From Auanema rhodensis (lineage: Eukaryota > Animalia > Nematoda), in NCBI GenBank assembly GCA_964057225.1, contig OZ059900.1, positions 14,198,001-14,262,000 on the forward strand: a DNA stretch of 64,000 nt, in the 5' to 3' direction. Below are positions 12,701 to 25,829 of the stretch, in pieces (position 1 is the first letter of the stretch; each line of letters starts with the position of its first letter). The notes below the pieces were generated by a model. That model searched no databases and was not told where the DNA came from. It saw nothing but the letters and a program-made list of their open reading frames with translations. Made by a program: the position numbers and the translations under genes.

Positions 12701-15511
12701 TAATGTTATCTGGAAAACAATTTTATTGATCAATTTTAGTAGGGAGCACATACTTCCTGTGATTACAATATAAACATCTCTTGCTGTTGAATCTATTAAA
12801 AATGATCTATATCCATTAGTAGAGCATTGAATCATATCATCAGCTAGTACTTGGTTCATAGAATATGTTGACGTGATAATAGCTAATTTGAGAACCTAAA
12901 AATAACACATTTACATCTAGCTCAAGTATGGCCAAAACAAACGTTTTGAAGGTTTGCTGGAGTGGATGGACGGAAAGAAAGTCCACCACTGTATTGGGCA
13001 GCATTATTGATGGCAAGATATTTCACATCCATTGTATCAAGTTCACAAGAATCTTGTGGTAATATAAAGCTATATATCTGAAAATACTTTTTTTCGATGG
13101 CATCTAACAGATGATTGCAAACCGGGAATTTTCTACGAGAATTAGCTTCAGTAACCTTTCTCCAATTCTGATAATCTTGGGCTACAGCATCGGTGATGAA
13201 TAATATGGGTGAATTATCAAAGATTTCCTAACATAAAATGTATAAAAAAATAACAAGTAGTTTTTGAGACCTGTACAAAAACACTATAAATTGCGTCAAA
13301 TGAGGTGTCGCTACAAGAAACAACATCTTGAGCAGTTTTTTTCAAGTTTTTCAAATCCGAAAGGAAATTGGCATAATTACTGTACGAAGTTGGTTTATAT
13401 GCTGAAGTTATTTGTTATTAGTTTTAAAAACAGGAAATACTCACTTCCATTGTTGAAACGAACTAATACGTAGTCAGCATACACATCTTCTCCAGCATAC
13501 GCACTCTTACTATACTGTAAAAAGATGAATGCTATTTTTAATTAAATTGTTCACCCACTGCATCTGTAACCGCCGCGATAATGCTATCATAATAATGTTT
13601 CATTGAAACTGTATTACGAATGACAACTATAAGTGACCTCTTGTCCAATAAGAAAGATCCATAGTTTTCCACACATTCTACTGCAATAAAAAGATTAGAT
13701 AGTTCCAGTTTCAATACACACAATGCTGGCAATTATCTCCTTTGAAGTTTTCAGAACATTCACAAGTTAATCCATCAGAGCTTGGTATGCCACCATTCAT
13801 ACAGTTTAGCTTTAAATTGTTTGATTATCAACAATAAAATGTAACGTTGTACTTTCTCACACTGACGGCCAGTGAAAAGTTCAGGACAGAAACACGAGGC
13901 CTCTGCAGTTCCACTGTTCAGAAGATAGCCATTGTTTGAGCATTGCGATGGAGGACCAACTGTTGGAATTGAAGTTGTTGTTGGAGGTTCTTAAAAAATG
14001 TGACATATACGAATTTCCTGTATTTTCAAACCATAACAAGAAAAACGACCAGATCTACGGAAAGAAAATCCAGAAGAATCAATTCCGTCTACCTATAATA
14101 TGGATTATTAAAAGAATCAGTTTAACTCTAACGTACGCTCCAGGCATAAAAATTATCTTTGCTACAAGTGAACTGTCCGGCAAACTGTTCATATGCACAT
14201 CCAAATCTAGATGTTAAAGTTGAGCGATAAATAATACTTCCCGTATTATCATTTCGAAGTGTTACAGTACGAGCATCTATTTTAATTGGAAAAAATGAAC
14301 AAATGTGTAAAAAGGTCTAGCAAACATCCTGGAGCAGATAAGTTGTCTGTATGAGCAACAAAGTACATAGGAAGCCCATCAATGGCGCTGTCTGCATAAG
14401 GAATATCATCCTCCTGGGGTGAGAGCGAGAAACCTTGATTCACATTTAAATCAGAAAACGCCTGAATTAAATAGTCATTCGATAATTATTAAATTTAGAT
14501 AAATTTTCTATAATACTCAATGTTAAGAACCAATATTAGAAATTCAAACACTTTTCTTCACACTTGGCGGTGAACAAGGGGCATTTGTTATATTAGCTCA
14601 TTGATAGCTGGATATTTTACGACTGTCAATAAAGATAAAATTGATATAATGTCACAAGGCTTATCATTCAATTATGTTAAAGCAGCTTCATACATGTAAG
14701 ATATTTGAAAACACATCATTGTCTTGATGTAAAGCAATTTTTACACTGTTTGTCAAACCTTTATGGATACGTGGCAGCTTTTAGTTGGCATTCCCGCGGT
14801 ATCAACTGTCAGTTGATAAGCTCCTGGAGAAAATGTATCAAATCTTAAAAGAAAACATATTCAGAACACTTTACAAAATTTACTGTTTATAGCATTGTTC
14901 ATTTTTGCTTCCGCCCTCTCCATTCAACAACATTCCTATATAAGACTGCTCAATTGATATTTAAAACGAAACTACCATTAGCATCAGATAGACTAATACT
15001 ACAACTTGGACCATCAGTAACCACTTCGATCATAAACGCTCTACTTGAGTTATCCAATGGAACGTAATATCTAAAATTCGAAAAAAAAAACTTTTCTGCA
15101 AAAAAAGCAAAGTTTCATACTTCCCAGAGCAACCACTAGGCAAGTGTATAGTATCTACTTCTTTCATAGAGGATGCTGTTCGCTGTACATTTCCTAATGA
15201 AGAACATATGGCTAAAACAACTTATAATACAAAAAGAAAACAAAAATAAAATTACACGATTTTCACAAAATTGACCAGTATAACCAGGGTCGCAGGTTGA
15301 TGATAATCCAAATGTAGAAAAAATTGATCTTTTCAAGCGTAAATGAAACGGTTCATAATCCGTTAAATCATCATAATAGTTTGGGTGAGTACGGTGGGAA
15401 AAAAAGCACTCTTGGAAAGAATATGAGAAAAAAAATTGTATACATAATAATACCTGCTTCGTGTACATAGAGCTTTATTAGTAGCAGAATCACCAGGTAC
15501 CGAAACCACAT
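6704..15511 (-). CDS. Large secreted multidomain protein with EGF repeats, vWA-like domains, MD-like domains and a C-type lectin domain (irg-7-like family); many short introns
   Basis: Signal peptide MWFRYLVILLLIKLYVHEA (ATG at 15511) and a furin-like LRLKRS. Repeated EGF motifs (CDPGYTGQFCE, CMNGG..C.C, CQNGG), vWA starts (LAILLETSFNM, VDLLFLIDSSSAI) and CTL motifs (IWIGLRRHNNSWVWD). Stop TAA at 6704-6706 after NFCGM. I did not check every intron. Confidence 0.85.
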
Positions 15512-15540
15512 CTCTTCGTCGTACCAAATGAAGAGACTAC

Positions 15541-15580
15541 CTTATATCTCTATCAGAGTAATAGATTTAGAACTGATAAC
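15541..15580 (-). promoter_or_regulatory. Compact promoter of the lectin gene: TATA-like box plus two GATA sites (ELT-2-type intestinal elements)
   Basis: GATATAAG on the minus strand about 30 nt upstream of the ATG, CTGATAG (minus, about 15550-15556) and ACTGATAA (plus, 15572-15579). Confidence 0.5.
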
Positions 15581-15921
15581 ACTGCCTACAGCGGGTAATA
15601 AAAGAAGGCGTGCCCATCTTTCATTGTTACTAATTGCAATTTTAAAACACTTCATCAATAATAAATTTATGCAAGGCAATAAGAATTTGTACTCACAAAA
15701 CTCAAAACAGATACTGAATATGAGAATAAGATTTTGAACAGAATATTTATTATCCTGAACAACATTTAATTGACAAAGTTTCGAAAGATTGGAATAAAAA
15801 TTCTTAGCTGAACTATATTCATTGATTCTATAACAAATACGATATGTTCACCAGAGTACAGTTTGAAAAACGCGATAACTTATCATATAACATATATTAT
15901 ATTAATTCCCAAAACGAGATA

Positions 15922-18839
15922 TCAACTTGTGAAAAGAACGAGTAACGTTTTGGTTGCTTGTGCAAGTTGAAAAGCTGCATTACAAGTGTCAGTGCTGTTA
16001 AGATTGGGAGAGTTGCATTTGCAACACAATTTCTGGAATAGAAAGCGTATGAAGAAGTGGAAATTTCTTATAGTAACCGCTAAACAGTCCCACATATTCT
16101 CAACAGCTTGGGCAACATGAGTTATCTTGATTTCAGGTGGTATATAGTTGATAATTTCCAAAACATGCTCTCCTATCTAAAACGTAGAACTTCAACTTCA
16201 GTAGTGCACTTTCTCTTTTACAATTTCGGCATGAGTAGTTGCAGACGCAGGCTGCAAACCTACCTGCGAATCTTGAACTAATCGTCTAATTTGCACAGTT
16301 AACTGCTCCGTCGCACGTATAAGATTTTCAGGGAAAACTGAAATTTGATGTATGTATATCAGACAATCAGAAATAAATATTAACTCGAATTATCTTTGGG
16401 TACGGATGATTCCATTCGATAGTGGCTCATACCTTTTTTTTCTCTGAAAAGTCTTTCATCCTTGCAAAAATCTCTATTCATTAAACAACCTTGTGATTGA
16501 TGTATGCTGATTGTCCGAATTTGGCATCAAATCAGTGCAAGACGTTTTATCCTTTTCACCTAACTTACTGAACCGCACTAAAAAATAACTTTTCTTTTAA
16601 CTGTTTTGAGTTGTCGAATAAACCTGAGACATCTGGTGACTTGTTAATCACTGGCAAACCCTTCTTTGGAAAAACTGTATGCACTTGAATGAATGTGATT
16701 TGTATTTAAGTACCATACCATCACTATTGCTATTTGCTTTCACATTCTGTTGATTGTTCTTCGAAACACCAATGTTCGATGTTTCGTACGTGGACTGATT
16801 CTTCAAAATACATCAAAAATTAAACTTCTCTTACGAAACAATTCTGAATAACCTGCAATCTGATTTCTGCTAAAGTTGCAGCAATGGCTTTTTTATTGTC
16901 CATCATTTCTCTAAGTAAATTGAATGTATAGAAACTTGAATGAAGTCAAACCGTTTCAAGTTATCATATGCAGAAGATAACAACTGTAGACGATCAACTA
17001 GAATTTCGATATTTTGAGCACAGCGTACATGTCCAATATTGATCGGACATTTATTTGTTTCAAGCTCTGTATTTCCTTCCCTGAACTCATTTATATCTAC
17101 CTTAAGCTTCAATGCCTTGATGCTGCGGTCAACTTCTGGTACGATATCGTATTCAACATCATCATCACTGCACAGTGGTTATTACATATTTTCAATTACA
17201 AATCATGAATAAACTTACTTATACAAGTGGGCACTTGTACACATCTCACTTGAAGAAACTTTGAAAACACTAGAAACTGTAGATGCAGTTATTATTCGGT
17301 TTTGACATTCCTAGAAATGCATTTAAGATAATCTCATAAAATTTGTCCAAACTGTGAGTATGTTGAGAACAAAAAACGAAAATTGTTGGCCATCCAGCTT
17401 GGCAATCTTTTGCCGGCACTGATTTCGTAGTGCTGAATAAAACGGTATGAGCTGTAAGTTATTTATAAATATATATATAAACTAGATGCAATTAAACCGG
17501 CAAAAATGGTACTGAGTATGCATCTTTCACAATGTTACGTTCGGTTCTAGATCTTATCCAATCTTGTAAAACTTGCCTTCTATCAATCTTCAAGAGAATA
17601 TTATAGAATTCTAATTTTCAACTTTACTTCATCGTAAACATCTTGAACTATTTTCAATAACTGTTCGTCAGTACAGTCATTTATTTTGCTTCTTAAATCG
17701 GCTAATGTCTGTGATTGCTGATACGTGTTAATCATTTCAGGAATAAGATATGATTGAACCTTGAACAAAAGCAATGCTTCAGTATTCAAAAGATTTGCAA
17801 AAACTCACATCATGTCTTGGTTTCCGGCCTATGAGAAATAAGGATAACTGATCAGTCAAATAGTGTGATAGTTCATCCAATCTCACAATGGCTATTTTCT
17901 TAAACGAAATGTATATTAAAACAAGCCATGATAAAGACATTAACATTATTTCTGAGAGCAGCTAGATCTCGAGGAGTTTGATTGTCTTTGTTCAATGCTA
18001 AAGGATCGGCGCCATATAGAAACAATAACTCTATCTGAATCAATCGTTGTTATGCTTTACATAGAAAAGATGAGTTTGTTTTACTTGAAGGTTTTGTCCT
18101 TCCCGCGCAGCAATATGTAAACAACTATTTTCTGTCTCGGCTTCACATGAAAAAGGATCCGCTCCAAGCGCAAGCAATCTAACAATGAATTATAAATGTA
18201 GGAGCAATGTGCCTGCTTGCTAAACCGTAATGTAGTTTCCACATGACCAGTTCGCACACATGCTAATAATTGCTTATTTATATCATCCGCTTCTTCATCA
18301 ATATTTTTTTTAGTAAAAGCTTCTTCTAGGTACTTTGAGAAAATAAAATCTTCTTTTATGGGTACGGTAGGATCACTGTAATTTATTTCATTTACTTTCA
18401 AGGCATAATTATTCACGTTGGTATGGGTTTTCTTCCAAATTTAGAGTTAGTTGAATTTGGAATTATACTTTCCCAAATACGATTAGAGCCGTTTCTGGAA
18501 AAAAATTTAAAATTTCATTAGGACAAAACTGTTGAAAATTCGAGTTAATTCACCGATATAGATATTGCATAAGTTCTAACTGGCTACCGTCCCAATGGCC
18601 ATATTTCAGCGAACGAATTATGGAAATATGTCGACCTGAAACTTTCAGTTCACAAATATATTCTAAAGCAATAACTGAACCTAAATTTAAATGAATTGAG
18701 CAGCAGTCGTCACAAAGCATAACTCCTCTATTGAGTGATGCCCAATGACACTCGACTGAAGAACAATCACAGCAAATATAGCCTGTACCACCTGGATAAT
18801 AGTATAGTGATGAAATTAACAAAAACACTTACAATCCAT
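15922..18839 (-). CDS. git-1: GIT-family ArfGAP scaffold (ArfGAP Zn finger, ankyrin repeats, Spa2-homology domains, paxillin-binding C-terminus), copy 1
   Basis: Spliced: MDCGTGYICCDCSSVECHWASLNRGVMLCDDCCSIHLNLGRHIS..NGSNRIWE..PIKEDFIFSKY..QLLACVRTGHVETTLRLLALGADP..CLHIAAREGQ..DVYDEIDRRQ..RNQCRQKIAKL..AFQLAQATKTLLVLFTS*. Domain order matches GIT1/GIT2. Confidence 0.92.
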
Positions 18840-19139
18840 CTGTAATTCTTTGGAGTTAAAAGTAATTTTTTGTAGAACAATAATGAATACGTATTTTGTT
18901 TTTTAAATAAATCAACGTCAACTCAATTATAGTTTATATCTGTTTTGAAAAACTTCAAACTATGCACAATATTTACGTCAATAAGTATTGCAAGGTGTAA
19001 TTCACGATTCTATTATTAAAACATAAAAGAAGTTTCATATTAAGAATTACGAGACGCTATGAGTAAGTTCGTTTAGATTAAGGTTTCAGCAGTGTAATGT
19101 GAATCACGGAATTTAATCTTATTCAATTTTCATAATCGA

Positions 19140-19220
19140 TCAAAAACCTATTATATGCTCCCTGAGATCATGAGCAGTGTTCATAATCGGATAGTTTGTT
19201 TTGTTGAGGCTAAGCCTGGC
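19140..19220 (-). pseudogene. Probable orphan terminal exon of an upstream neighbour gene, repeated in each full unit (+3495n)
   Basis: TTTCAG acceptor at 19221-19226, followed by the open frame ARLSLNKTNYPIMNTAHDLREHIIGF*. The unit boundary lies right at this acceptor. Confidence 0.45.
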
Positions 19221-19416
19221 CTGAAATTTTGAACAGAATATTTATTATCCTGAACAACATTTAATTGACAAAGTTTCGAAAGATTGGAATAAAAATTCTT
19301 AGCTGAACTATATTCATTGATTCTATAACAAATACGATATGTTCACCAGAGTACAGTTTGAAAAACGCGATAACTTATCATATAACATATATTATATTAA
19401 TTCCCAAAACAAGATA

Positions 19417-22334
19417 TCAACTTGTGAAAAGAACGAGTAACGTTTTGGTTGCTTGTGCAAGTTGAAAAGCTGCATTACAAGTGTCAGTGCTGTTAAGATT
19501 GGGAGAGTTGCATTTGCAACACAATTTCTGGAATAGAAAGCTTATGAAGAAGTGGAAATTTCTTATAGTAACCGCTAAACAGTCCCACATATTCTCAACA
19601 GCTTGGGCAACATGAGTTATCTTGATTTCAGGTGGTATATAGTTGATAATTTCCAAAACATGCTCTCCTATCTAAAACGTAGAACTTCAACTTCAGTAGT
19701 GCACTTTCTCTTTTACAATTTCTGCATGAGTAGTTGCAGACGCAGGCTGCAAACCTATCTGCGAATCTTGAACTAATCGTCTAATTTGCACAGTTAACTG
19801 CTCCGTCGCACGTATAAGATTTTCAGGGAAAACTGAAATTTGATGTATGTATATCAGACAATCACAAATAAATATTAACTCGAATTATCTTTGGGTACGG
19901 ATGATTCCATTCGATAGTGGCTCATACCTTTTTTTTCTCTGAAAAGTCTTTCATCCTTGCAAAAATCTCTATTCATTAAACAACCTTGTGATTGATGTAT
20001 GCTGATTGTCCGAATTTGGCACCAAATCAGTGAAAGACGTTTTATCCTTTTCACCTAACTTACTGAACCGCACTAAAAAATAACTTTTCTTTTAACTGTT
20101 TTGAGTTGTCGAATAAACCTGAGACATCTGGTGACTTGTTAATCACTGGCAAACCCTTCTTTGGAAAAACTGTATGCACTTGAATGAATGTGATTTGTAT
20201 TTAAGTACCATACCATCACTATTGCTATTTGATTTCACATTCTGTTGATTGTTCTTCGAAACACCAATGTTCGATGTTTCGTACGTGGACTGATTCTTCA
20301 AAATATATCAAAAATTAAACTTCTCTTACGAAACAATTCTGAATAACCTGCAATCTGATTTCTGCTAAAGTTGCAGCAATGGCTTTTTTATTGTCCATCA
20401 TTTCTCTAAGTAAATTGAATGTATAGAAACTTGAATGAAGTCAAACCGTTTCAAGTTATCATATGCAGAAGATAACAACTGTAGACGATCAACTAGAATT
20501 TCGATATTTTGAGCACAGCGTACATGTCCAATATTGATCGGACATTTATTTGTTTCAAGCTCTGTATTTCCTTCCCTGAACTCATTTATATCTACCTTAA
20601 GCTTCAATGCCTTGATGCTGCGGTCAACTTCTGGTACGATATCGTATTCAACATCATCATCACTGCACAGTGGTTATTACATATTTTCAATTACAAATCA
20701 TGAATAAACTTACTTATACAAGTGGGCACTTGTACACATCTCACTTGAAGAAACTTTGAAAACACTAGAAACTGTAGATGCAGTTATTATTCGGTTTTGA
20801 CATTCCTAGAAATGCATTTAAGATAATCTCATAAAATTTGTCCAAACTGTGAGTATGTTGAGAACAAAAAACGAAAATTGTTGGCCATCCAGCTTGGCAA
20901 TCTTTTGCCGGCACTGATTTCGTAGTGCTGAATAAAACGGTATGAGCTGTAAGTTATTTATAAATATATATATAAACTAGATGCAATTAAACCGGCAAAA
21001 ATGGTACTGAGTATGCATCTTTCACAATGTTACGTTCGGTTCTAGATCTTATCCAATCTTGTAAAACTTGCCTTCTATCAATCTTCAAGAGAATATTATA
21101 GAATTCTAATTTTCAACTTTACTTCATCGTAAACATCTTGAACTATTTTCAATAACTGTTCGTCAGTACAGTCATTTATTTTGCTTCTTAAATCGGCTAA
21201 TGTCTGTGATTGCTGATACGTGTTAATCATTTCAGGAATAAGATATGATTGAACCTTGAACAAAAGCAATGCTTCAGTATTCAAAAGATTTGCAAAAACT
21301 CACATCATGTCTTGGTTTCCGGCCTATGAGAAATAAGGATAACTGATCAGTCAAATAGTGTGATAGTTCATCCAATCTCACAATGGCTATTTTCTTAAAC
21401 GAAATGTATATTAAAACAAGCCATGATAAAGACATTAACATTATTTCTGAGAGCAGCTAGATCTCGAGGAGTTTGATTGTCTTTGTTCAATGCTAAAGGA
21501 TCGGCGCCATATAGAAACAATAACTCTATCTGAATCAATCGTTGTTATGCTTTACATAGAAAAGATGAGTTTGTTTTACTTGAAGGTTTTGTCCTTCCCG
21601 CGCAGCAATATGTAAACAACTATTTTCTGTCTCGGCTTCACATGAAAAAGGATCCGCTCCAAGCGCAAGCAATCTAACAATGAATTATAAATGTAGGAGC
21701 AATGTGCCTGCTTGCTAAACCGTAATGTAGTTTCCACATGACCAGTTCGCACACATGCTAATAATTGCTTATTTATATCATCCGCTTCTTCATCAATATT
21801 TTTTTTAGTAAAAGCTTCTTCTAGGTACTTTGAGAAAATAAAATCTTCTTTTATGGGTACGGTAGGATCACTGTAACTTATTTCATTTACTTTCAAGGCA
21901 TAATTATTCACGTTGGTATGGGTTTTCTTCCAAATTTAGAGTTAGTTGAATTCGGAATTATACTTTCCCAAATACGATTAGAGCCGTTTCTGGAAAAAAA
22001 TTTAAAATTTCATTAGGACAAAACTGTTGAAAATTCGAGTTAATTCACCGATATAGATATTGCATAAGTTCTAACTGGCTACCGTCCCAATGGCCATATT
22101 TCAGCGAACGAATTATGGAAATATGTCGACCTGAAACTTTCAGTTCACAAATATATTCTAAAGCAATAACTGAACCTAAATTTAAATGAATTGAGCAGCA
22201 GTCGTCACAAAGCATAACTCCTCTATTGAGTGATGCCCAATGACACTCGACTGAAGAACAATCACAGCAAATATAGCCTGTACCACCTGGATAATAGTAT
22301 AGTGATGAAATTAACAAAAACACTTACAATCCAT
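19417..22334 (-). CDS. git-1: GIT-family ArfGAP, copy 2
   Basis: Copy 1 +3495, with six private substitutions at 19758-20306. No frameshift seen. Confidence 0.9.
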
Positions 22335-22911
22335 CTGTAATTCTTTGGAGTTAAAAGTAATTTTTTGTAGAACAATAATGAATACGTATTTTGTTTTTTA
22401 AATAAATCAACGTCAACTCAATTATAGTTTATATCTGTTTTGAAAAACTTCAAACTATGCACAATATTTACGTCAATAAGTATTGCAAGGTGTAATTCAC
22501 GATTCTATTATTAAAACATAAAAGAAGTTTCATATTAAGAATTACGAGACGCTATGAGTAAGTTCGTTTAGATTAAGGTTTCAGCAGTGTAATGTGAATC
22601 ACGGAATTTAATCTTATTCAATTTTCATAATCGATCAAAAACCTATTATATGCTCCCTGAGATCATGAGCAGTGTTCATAATCGGATAGTTTGTTTTGTT
22701 GAGGCTAAGCCTGGCCTGAAATTTTGAACAGAATATTTATTATCCTGAACAACATTTAATTGACAAAGTTTCGAAAGATTGGAATAAAAATTCTTAGCTG
22801 AACTATATTCATTGATTCTATAACAAATACGATATGTTCACCAGAGTACAGTTTGAAAAACGCGATAACTTATCATATAACATATATTATATTAATTCCC
22901 AAAACAAGATA

Positions 22912-25829
22912 TCAACTTGTGAAAAGAACGAGTAACGTTTTGGTTGCTTGTGCAAGTTGAAAAGCTGCATTACAAGTGTCAGTGCTGTTAAGATTGGGAG
23001 AGTTGCATTTGCAACACAATTTCTGGAATAGAAAGCTTATGAAGAAGTGGAAATTTCTTATAGTAACCGCTAAACAGTCCCACATATTCTCAACAGCTTG
23101 GGCAACATGAGTTATCTTGATTTCAGGTGGTATATAGTTGATAATTTCCAAAACATGCTCTCCTATCTAAAACGTAGAACTTCAACTTCAGTAGTGCACT
23201 TTCTCTTTTACAATTTCTGCATGAGTAGTTGCAGACGCAGGCTGCAAACCTACCTGCGAATCTTGAACTAATCGTCTAATTTGCACAGTTAACTGCTCCG
23301 TCGCACGTATAAGATTTTCAGGGAAAACTGAAATTTGATGTATGTATATCAGACAATCAGAAATAAATATTAACTCGAATTATCTTTGGGTACGGATGAT
23401 TCCATTCGATAGTGGCTCATACCTTTTTTTTCTCTGAAAAGTCTTTCATCCTTGCAAAAATCTCTATTCATTAAACAACCTTGTGATTGATGTATGCTGA
23501 TTGTCCGAATTTGGCATCAAATCAGTGCAAGACGTTTTATCCTTTTCACCTAACTTACTGAACCGCACTAAAAAATAACTTTTCTTTTAACTGTTTTGAG
23601 TTGTCGAATAAACCTGAGACATCTGGTGACTTGTTAATCACTGGCAAACCCTTCTTTGGAAAAACTGTATGCACTTGAATGAATGTGATTTGTATTTAAG
23701 TACCATACCATCACTATTGCTATTTGCTTTCACATTCTGTTGATTGTTCTTCGAAACACCAATGTTCGATGTTTCGTACGTGGACTGATTCTTCAAAATA
23801 CATCAAAAATTAAACTTCTCTTACGAAACAATTCTGAATAACCTGCAATCTGATTTCTGCTAAAGTTGCAGCAATGGCTTTTTTATTGTCCATCATTTCT
23901 CTAAGTAAATTGAATGTATAGAAACTTGAATGAAGTCAAACCGTTTCAAGTTATCATATGCAGAAGATAACAACTGTAGACGATCAACTAGAATTTCGAT
24001 ATTTTGAGCACAGCGTACATGTCCAATATTGATCGGACATTTATTTGTTTCAAGCTCTGTATTTCCTTCCCTGAACTCATTTATATCTACCTTAAGCTTC
24101 AATGCCTTGATGCTGCGGTCAACTTCTGGTACGATATCGTATTCAACATCATCATCACTGCACAGTGGTTATTACATATTTTCAATTACAAATCATGAAT
24201 AAACTTACTTATACAAGTGGGCACTTGTACACATCTCACTTGAAGAAACTTTGAAAACACTAGAAACTGTAGATGCAGTTATTATTCGGTTTTGACATTC
24301 CTAGAAATGCATTTAAGATAATCTCATAAAATTTGTCCAAACTGTGAGTATGTTGAGAACAAAAAACGAAAATTGTTGGCCATCCAGCTTGGCAATCTTT
24401 TGCCGGCACTGATTTCGTAGTGCTGAATAAAACGGTATGAGCTGTAAGTTATTTATAAATATATATATAAACTAGATGCAATTAAACCGGCAAAAATGGT
24501 ACTGAGTATGCATCTTTCACAATGTTACGTTCGGTTCTAGATCTTATCCAATCTTGTAAAACTTGCCTTCTATCAATCTTCAAGAGAATATTATAGAATT
24601 CTAATTTTCAACTTTACTTCATCGTAAACATCTTGAACTATTTTCAATAACTGTTCGTCAGTACAGTCATTTATTTTGCTTCTTAAATCGGCTAATGTCT
24701 GTGATTGCTGATACGTGTTAATCATTTCAGGAATAAGATATGATTGAACCTTGAACAAAAGCAATGCTTCAGTATTCAAAAGATTTGCAAAAACTCACAT
24801 CATGTCTTGGTTTCCGGCCTATGAGAAATAAGGATAACTGATCAGTCAAATAGTGTGATAGTTCATCCAATCTCACAATGGCTATTTTCTTAAACGAAAT
24901 GTATATTAAAACAAGCCATGATAAAGACATTAACATTATTTCTGAGAGCAGCTAGATCTCGAGGAGTTTGATTGTCTTTGTTCAATGCTAAAGGATCGGC
25001 GCCATATAGAAACAATAACTCTATCTGAATCAATCGTTGTTATGCTTTACATAGAAAAGATGAGTTTGTTTTACTTGAAGGTTTTGTCCTTCCCGCGCAG
25101 CAATATGTAAACAACTATTTTCTGTCTCGGCTTCACATGAAAAAGGATCCGCTCCAAGCGCAAGCAATCTAACAATGAATTATAAATGTAGGAGCAATGT
25201 GCCTGCTTGCTAAACCGTAATGTAGTTTCCACATGACCAGTTCGCACACATGCTAATAATTGCTTATTTATATCATCCGCTTCTTCATCAATATTTTTTT
25301 TAGTAAAAGCTTCTTCTAGGTACTTTGAGAAAATAAAATCTTCTTTTATGGGTACGGTAGGATCACTGTAACTTATTTCATTTACTTTCAAGGCATAATT
25401 ATTCACGTTGGTATGGGTTTTCTTCCAAATTTAGAGTTAGTTGAATTCGGAATTATACTTTCCCAAATACGATTAGAGCCGTTTCTGGAAAAAAATTTAA
25501 AATTTCATTAGGACAAAACTGTTGAAAATTCGAGTTAATTCACCGATATAGATATTGCATAAGTTCTAACTGGCTACCGTCCCAATGGCCATATTTCAGC
25601 GAACGAATTATGGAAATATGTCGACCTGAAACTTTCAGTTCACAAATATATTCTAAAGCAATAACTGAACCTAAATTTAAATGAATTGAGCAGCAGTCGT
25701 CACAAAGCATAACTCCTCTATTGAGTGATGCCCAATGACACTCGACTGAAGAACAATCACAGCAAATATAGCCTGTACCACCTGGATAATAGTATAGTGA
25801 TGAAATTAACAAAAACACTTACAATCCAT
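22912..25829 (-). CDS. git-1: GIT-family ArfGAP, copy 3
   Basis: Near-identical tandem copy. Confidence 0.9.

Noticed and set aside
50-17208. Plus-strand ORFs (50-490, 337-555, 7687-7890, 13936-14217, 15528-15737, 17014-17208 and its repeats)
   Set aside because: They are antisense shadows of minus-strand exons or AT-rich chance ORFs with no recognisable motifs.
19206-19225. Telomere-like, palindromic gaggctaagcctggcctgaa at each git-1 unit junction
   Set aside because: Only 8 nt match (GCCTAA)n. It is more simply explained as the start of an exon after a TTTCAG acceptor, although a break-motif role is not formally excluded.
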